A DNA stretch of 64,000 nt from a virus. Numbering within the stretch: position 1 is the stretch's first letter; each line of letters starts with the position of its first letter. The stretch spans positions 11,486 through 75,485 of the IMG/VR virus record IMGVR_UViG_3300046533_000687, one strand, 5' to 3'. Under the pieces are notes generated by a model. It was not told the DNA's origin, did no database searches, and worked only from the letters and a program-made list of their open reading frames with translations. Shown here in pieces: positions 59,201-64,000 of the stretch. The position numbers and the translations under genes are program-made.

Positions 59201-60089
59201 TGATCAGCGAGTTCGAGTAGACGCGCGTGTTCAGGACGTACGGCGGGAACGACCCGACCTTCCGCGAGATGAACATGAAGTATTGGAAGCCGGCCACGGC
59301 GACGTTCTCGTACCTGTCGACGAAGTCCTCCGCGATCCGCATGCACGTCCCGTCGGCCGTGCGGATCTGCCGGTTCTCGTGGTAGCGATAGAACTCCTTG
59401 ATGTTGTCGTCGAGCTGCCAGTGTCGCTCCGCGCCAAGCGCGATCGCGTGCTCCATGATCCAGATCCGCGCCGGGACGAGGCCGTCCAGGCCGGCCGGCA
59501 GCTCGAGGAACGTGCCGGACTTGACGACACCCTCGTACCGCTGACGCTCCTGCGGCTGGACGACGGCGTAGTACGGGACGCCGATGCGCTCGAGGCACTT
59601 GATGGTGTATGCCGAGTCCCACCTGCCCTTCGTCGGAACGTAGACCGGATACCGCGGATTCAGCGGCCGCGTACTCTTCCACCGCACGCCGTTCACCTTG
59701 TCGATGGCGGCTGGTGGGAACCACGCCGACTTCGTGTCGTCGGTGACCTGGATGCCGACCTCTCGCGCGAACGTCTGCCGGCCTGCCTGGTCCTTGAAGC
59801 GCATGTCAACCGTCTGCCACGGCGTCAGATCCTGATGGTGATATGCCGGCATACCCTGCCACGTGTCGTGCCAGTTTGATGGAATGTCAAGCAGGTCGGG
59901 CTGCGCGACGTCTGTCGTCTCGAGCCACATGAAGTCTGGCGGCAGGCGACTGACAAAGGGATAGTAGAGCGTGTCGCTGAACGGCTGGCGGGTCAGCACG
60001 AAGAACGCGTGCCTATCCTCTTGCGTCGCGAAGTGGACGAGCAGGTTCAGCTCGTCGGCGACCTCGTCGTCTTCAAGCTCAAACAGCAT
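56265..60089 (-). CDS. polA: Family A DNA polymerase fused to an N-terminal TAGT/GREB1-like glycosyltransferase
   Basis: Polymerase motifs GTVSGRFS, ADAMQIE (A), KNYNFAFQYG (B), GYVKTLVGRR, NRVLQGTGADIMK and IHDA (C). GT motifs YPVYVPTKGR, HWQLDDNI, YNDDTDICLRAL..GWCT and KGGNT. Confidence 0.9.
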   Translation of the reverse strand: MLFELEDDEVADELNLLVHFATQEDRHAFFVLTRQPFSDTLYYPFVSRLPPDFMWLETTDVAQPDLLDIPSNWHDTWQGMPAYHHQDLTPWQTVDMRFKDQAGRQTFAREVGIQVTDDTKSAWFPPAAIDKVNGVRWKSTRPLNPRYPVYVPTKGRWDSAYTIKCLERIGVPYYAVVQPQERQRYEGVVKSGTFLELPAGLDGLVPARIWIMEHAIALGAERHWQLDDNIKEFYRYHENRQIRTADGTCMRIAEDFVDRYENVAVAGFQYFMFISRKVGSFPPYVLNTRVYSNSLINNKIPYRHRDVYNDDTDICLRALKDGWCTVQFNNFNAYKMPTMQVKGGNTPIYLGAEAIAKAWEAHAATCPDCEVDVSPTCPEGIAILEKDGRWRMAASLKRQHPDVTTVGRRFHRWQHYVDYRQFRRNALIPRPGVVPEGVDEYGLELVEVDEPERAPRPSPARSFSAPRSFSPKARPAGPSATKGPSWSSFLQPVAAIEPAGIDKPSQPEEKTATANPQEPDRPSGQEPEQIPFDPQFFKDYLAVKGHRLLTRDGKFFVSDASTLTDVERAVIKKHRDALIALAEEWIDSSRRQEPSVPNGGDSEQVAGAAAGVSRPSVHDAERSASATLFEEPTQTLAQFLGSEPPRVDASYIADEPPELTGIDAVVLNFATDGADWTKGARPVGVTVSTLDGQLTRFLPFRFQYGGNLDEAAVKRWACEQLRGKKIINANTRFDMHMAREWGVDLEAHGCTFSDIQHTAALLDDQRGKYRKDGRKPFALDTLALDYLPGNVEVGRVDESRHHEHHASEVASRERYTAQVVGRLRDVMYPELEKQELLDVQQLEDDVIPAVVEMEKNGSPLDLALLEQYHAECNERHDKLLSEVHAECGFPFDHTAKGWQALFERLGLPPTDGNAEAIIAGIDHPIVRKAHLAAQYASLDSKTFKAYRDAVGADGIMRFDINQLKGDDGGTVSGRFSIGYVQQVPNHDNHFAVFGDELFPRALFVPGSATAGSDWVVQYLEADAMQIEQRLLVHYMDNRKLIAEYADDMNRLARGEEPVSYHKVTWKMLKEYKPDMLYGHTKNYNFAFQYGAKSIKLAVMMGFITTDEGDEIRRMKRWDDPRLKTTKEIEAIYRKMMPEAGALLDRASHLAKPACDEFCKRGDALHRQLPHRGYVKTLVGRRSRFAGNSKTYIGLNRVLQGTGADIMKRKLAELHRERKHTGFVMRLTIHDAVGGDATLPETRSRVSEILNAQSYALKVPILWSTKSGPNWAECK

Positions 60090-62281
60090 TCCGGTTCCTC
60101 AAATACTCTTCCTGCTCCCACCTGCCGAGCGCCTTGCTGGCCTTCGCCACCCGCTCCGCCTCGCCGTCAAACACGTTGCGCTTCATGCTGTAGATGACGC
60201 CGAACTTCAGCGCGATCTTCGAGGCGACCTCGATGAGGCCGGGACGGCCGTGCTTCTCAAATCCCACGCTGAATCTCGTCGTCGATGATGCTGCGCACGA
60301 GTTCGTTCGGAATGAGCAGGTGCTGAAGTCGGCGGTCTGGGATGCGCGTCACGGCACGGCGTGCGACGGCGTCCGCCTGGTTGCTGTCGAGCCCGGCAAC
60401 CTGCGCGCGCTCGTAGGCCCAGACCCTCAGCTGTTCGCGTGTCATAAGCTGTCTACGTACGTCTCGGCGCGACCAAGGTAAAAATGGCGCCACCAGTCGT
60501 TCTCAGCATGCTCCGCACTGTCGCGATCGCGTGCCGCGCAGTAGGACCGCTGCATGGCGGGTGACCAGGAGAGGAATAGGGCTTGAGGGACTTCGTTCCA
60601 TTGCCCACCGCTCGGGGCCACACGGTTGTCGGGATGGTCGACATGTGGAAGCACGTCGGCATCCGGAGCTTCAAAATCAAACTCGTCTTGGTTCACAGCA
60701 GCCTCTTGACGCGACTCGGCGACAGCCTCAACGCCCGTCCGGCTGCCGCTCGCGCGCAGCGCACGGCGTGCTCGAGGTCGAGGTCCCACGGTACCAGCTT
60801 CGGCGGCCGCTCGACGGCCACCTTGATCGCGAGCACCGTCTCGGTCGCCCAGTAGTCGAGCCACGCGACGTGATCGCGAGGGTTGCTTGGGATGCTAGAC
60901 GCCATGGCCGTATCCGTCCTCTCGACGATAGTCCTCTTCGAACTCCACCAGCCGCGGGCTGCGGCAGTCGGGGCAATACTCCCGCTCGGAGACTTCAAGA
61001 GTATTGACGTTAACGAAGCCATCGAGAAAGACGTCGTATCGCTTCCCCTGCCAGCCGCAGAGGCAGGGGCCCATCAATAGTCTCCATTCGTCAAGATGTG
61101 TACCGTTCCGGGCTCGACGCTCAGAAGCGTGGCTGTTACCGGCTCAGGATCACAATTCGGATATTTGCTGCGCCATTCGAGTCGGAAGTGATCGCACGCC
61201 TCGCTTTCGGTTTCGCTATCGCGTGTCGTAGAGATGGCAGCGGAGCCCACAGGATAGATGCCTGTAAATGTAATGCTCCAGATCTTCACGCCGCCTCCTT
61301 CGCTCGATATGGTCCGCGCCGTCCGTTCCCGTGACGCGCCGACCGCAGCCGCGCCTTGTCGAAGTGCTCGCGGCAGTGGATCGAGTGCTTCACCTCGCCT
61401 GTCGAGATGACGTAGCGGTAGCGGGGCTGCGTGCACTCGCGGCAGAGGCCCTTACTCAGCTGGCGGTCGGCCCAGTACGTGTGGCGGGAGGTCACGCCGC
61501 CAACCTCAGGATCAGCTGCGCCTGCTTGAGGACCTCGTCGCGCACGAGGCCGGGGTACTTGAGGGCGAGTGAAATCAACGCCTTGGCTTCGATGGTGCTC
61601 ATGACTGACCTTTCTGGTTGACTGAATTCCCAGCGAGCGTTACGGAGGGCGAAGGTGAAGAGGTCGATCACAACCCCTCCGTCGGCGACAGCGGCGACTT
61701 GGTCGAGCTGAGCACGCCGGCCATTCTGAGCTCGAGGTAGATCTTGTCGAAGAGCTTCGCGTCGGCGGAGATGGCCGCCAGGACGCCAGTCGGCGACGTC
61801 GGGTTGGCGTGGTAGATTGTCACGTAGCCGCCAGAGCCGAACGGGCGGAACCGCGTGTGCGTGCACCTCGGATCGAGCAGCGCCGCGCGGACCTTTCCGG
61901 GGTGCTCATAGTGCTGGCACTCTTCGCGACAGGCCGGGCATTCGGCGTCCGTCGGGGTCGCCGTCTCCATCAGCAGGCCGTAGATATGCTGGGCCTGGGC
62001 GTCGAGGTGACACGCGCAGGTGACCAGCTTGGCGCCGTACTTGTTCAGGATGAGGGTATTCATTACCGCACCGCCTGGTTGAGTTCATCGCGGAGCGTGA
62101 TGGCCAGCGTGTCGCGCTTCATGGAAGACTGCACGATCTTACCGGTCTGCGTATCGCGAACGCGGAATCGCTCGTTCTGTCCGGTGTGGCAGTGCCGTGT
62201 GTAGGATTCGACGATGTAGCGTTCCATCTTTTCCTCCGTGACGGCGCCCGTTGCTTTCGGGTCGCGGTTGACGTTGTTCAT
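60079..62281 (-). other. Cluster of small hypothetical early genes
   Basis: Overlapping short ORFs with phage-like codon usage, e.g. 60079-60267, 60895-61077, 61286-61495, 61668-62063 and 62063-62281. Confidence 0.55.
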
Positions 62282-62287
62282 GAAGAC

Positions 62288-62325
62288 ACTATAGCAAATC
62301 TAAAAATGTCTGTCTACAACTATTT
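62288..62325 (-). promoter_or_regulatory. Sigma70-type promoter, probably producing a leaderless mRNA
   Basis: -35 TAGACA (62316-62311), 17-nt spacer, -10 TATAGT (62293-62288). ATG at 62281 lies 6 nt downstream with no RBS. Confidence 0.75.
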
Positions 62326-62363
62326 GAAGGTGCTTTTGTTGGAGTTTTGGTGGGGATCGTAGA

Positions 62364-62398
62364 AATCGGGCCCTCAGCTGGTGGGTGAGGGCCCGATT
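62364..62398 (-). terminator. Probable intrinsic terminator hairpin
   Basis: Perfect 13-bp stem AATCGGGCCCTCA/TGAGGGCCCGATT with a 9-nt loop, downstream of the stop at 62442; T-tract is short. Confidence 0.65.
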
Positions 62399-62441
62399 CG
62401 TCAATGAGCTAAGATGCCAGGCGCGACCTGAAGGTCCCGCC

Positions 62442-62993
62442 CTACATCGTCGCGACGGCCGCCAGCTTCGCCTTGCGCTTGGCCAGGTTGGCCTCGGCGC
62501 GGGCGATGCGCTCGGCCTCGGTCGGCTTCGGCTTGGAGGCGCGGAGGGCGGCGCGCTCTTCCTTCGTGAGCTTCGGCTTTGCCTGCTTCACGGCCTTGGC
62601 CTTGAACGGACCCTCCAGCGTCGCGGGCGGGTATCCGTCGAAGGCGCCAACTGGAAGGTGGATGCTGATCGCGGCGCCGTCATAGATGGCGCGCTTGCCG
62701 TTCTTGCTGAGACCCTTGAGTGTCAGTGTCATGTTCTGCTCCTGCTGCGCTGCAGCTGGTTGGTCTGGCTGAATTGCCTCGACCCCGATAGGTGATTCTA
62801 CATCTTTTTCATTCGGCGTGTCTACAACTTTCTCCATCGGCTGCGCGGCGAGGAACGCGACGTACTCGAGCTTCTCGGCCTGAGACATAAACTGTGTTGG
62901 ATCTGGTTCCTTTCCTTTCTTCGGCTTCTTGGTCCCGAGCGGCCTCGCCTCGTTCTTCGGCATCTTCTTCCCGTACGTCTTGATCTTGCTCAT
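62442..62993 (-). CDS. Basic Lys/Ala-rich protein with two in-frame starts (62993 and 62732)
   Basis: AGGAG RBS before both ATGs; histone-like basic C-terminus. Confidence 0.6.
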   Translation of the reverse strand: MSKIKTYGKKMPKNEARPLGTKKPKKGKEPDPTQFMSQAEKLEYVAFLAAQPMEKVVDTPNEKDVESPIGVEAIQPDQPAAAQQEQNMTLTLKGLSKNGKRAIYDGAAISIHLPVGAFDGYPPATLEGPFKAKAVKQAKPKLTKEERAALRASKPKPTEAERIARAEANLAKRKAKLAAVATM

Positions 62994-63162
62994 CTCTCCT
63001 CCTTTGAAGCTCGCATCTTGATCGCGAGGTGAATCCACCACGGCCACGGTTGGCGCATCGGTCCAGCAATCCGCGTGATGCGTCCGGGCTGTTCGTTGAT
63101 GAACGCGGCGCACAGCATTCCTTTGCGGAACTGACGCGTTCGACGCTTCTGGGCAGTACGGC

Positions 63163-63817
63163 TCATTGCTTCTCCTTTGTCTCAAACTGCTTGATGTTAT
63201 TCGAGGTGATGAGGCTAGCGTTCTTCCCCTGCTGATTGACGATGAACTCCCATCCCTGCTCATCTCTCGTCAGAAAGCCGCTGACCGTCTTCTTCCCGAC
63301 GTAGACGCACGCCGGGATGGTGAAGAACGTGTCGGCCTCGGCTGTGGCGAACGCGTTCCGCGCCCTGCCATCTTCGCACGGACAGCGCTCGACGCGTGCC
63401 ACGCTGCCGAACGCGTCCGGCGTGAGGAAGCTGCGCGAGCCGTTCGGGTGCTCGGTACACGTCTCGGCGGCGACAGAGAATTTCAGGCCCATAACACCTT
63501 CCACGCCACCAGCAGGGCCGCGGCCATCAGGATCCAGAGCCATCCGTATCGCGTCCGTCGGCTGCGCTCGTCGCCTGTCCAGACTATTGGCATCACTTCA
63601 CCTCTTCTGGCTTTGTTACTACAACCTGGATGGGATACTGACCATCAATGTCAATATCCGTGTTCGACCAATCGGCGCCACCTGGAACGCGAAAGAACAT
63701 CCGCACATCATCCTCTACATCGATCAGCCCAGGGTATCTCGCTACCAGCATCTGGCGTAAGTCGATACCGTCGACCTTCATCTCGATACACTGCTTGATT
63801 CTCGTCGTCGCCTTCAT
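63163..63817 (-). other. Small hypothetical early genes (about 63163-63492 and 63593-63817)
   Basis: ORF track 63163..63543 and 63593..63868, with RBS-preceded internal ATGs. Confidence 0.5.
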
Positions 63818-64000
63818 CACTTCACCTTCACGATCACGCCGTCCCTGACGGTCGCCTCGGCGTACCACCGATGGGGCTGCGGATAGTGCGGGCCCTCGAG
63901 CGTGACGCGGTGCTCGCCTGCCTGCACCTTCGCGGTATTGCCGAACATGTCGTTCGGCTGGTAGACGCCGACGCGCCTGCCGGCTGTCACGGCGTCCTTG

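Noticed and set aside
1-64000. tRNA genes, diversity-generating retroelement, introns/inteins
   Set aside because: By eye I found no cloverleaf with canonical T/D loops, no reverse transcriptase or TR/VR pair, and no intein or homing endonuclease motifs. tRNAscan and Infernal were not run.

Overview
The window is most of a GC-rich (roughly 60%, judged by eye) tailed dsDNA phage genome with siphovirus-type organisation. The + strand arm (1-38722) carries head, neck, tail and lysis genes. The - strand arm (38922-64000) carries replication, DNA-modification and small early genes. No terminase, portal or primase is recognisable, so they presumably lie outside the window. Two glycosylation systems stand out. 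(1) In the early arm, a 1274-aa family A DNA polymerase is fused to a TAGT/GREB1-like DNA glycosyltransferase and has a degenerate proofreading domain. Downstream is a coupled run of VRR-NUC, a second TAGT-like enzyme, a UDG-superfamily protein and an MT-A70 methylase. (2) In the late arm, two cassettes inserted among head/neck genes encode three glycosyltransferases, several methyltransferases and a radical SAM/SPASM enzyme, suggesting virion glycan decoration. Other observations: a modular prohead protease; a repeat motif shared by three structural proteins; a duplicated C-terminal motif bracketing the putative receptor-binding cassette; short DNA repeats at gene boundaries; a high-GC captured integrase fragment; a family of related sigma70 promoters; and structured intergenic regions. 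All family assignments come from motif recognition by eye; no searches were run.
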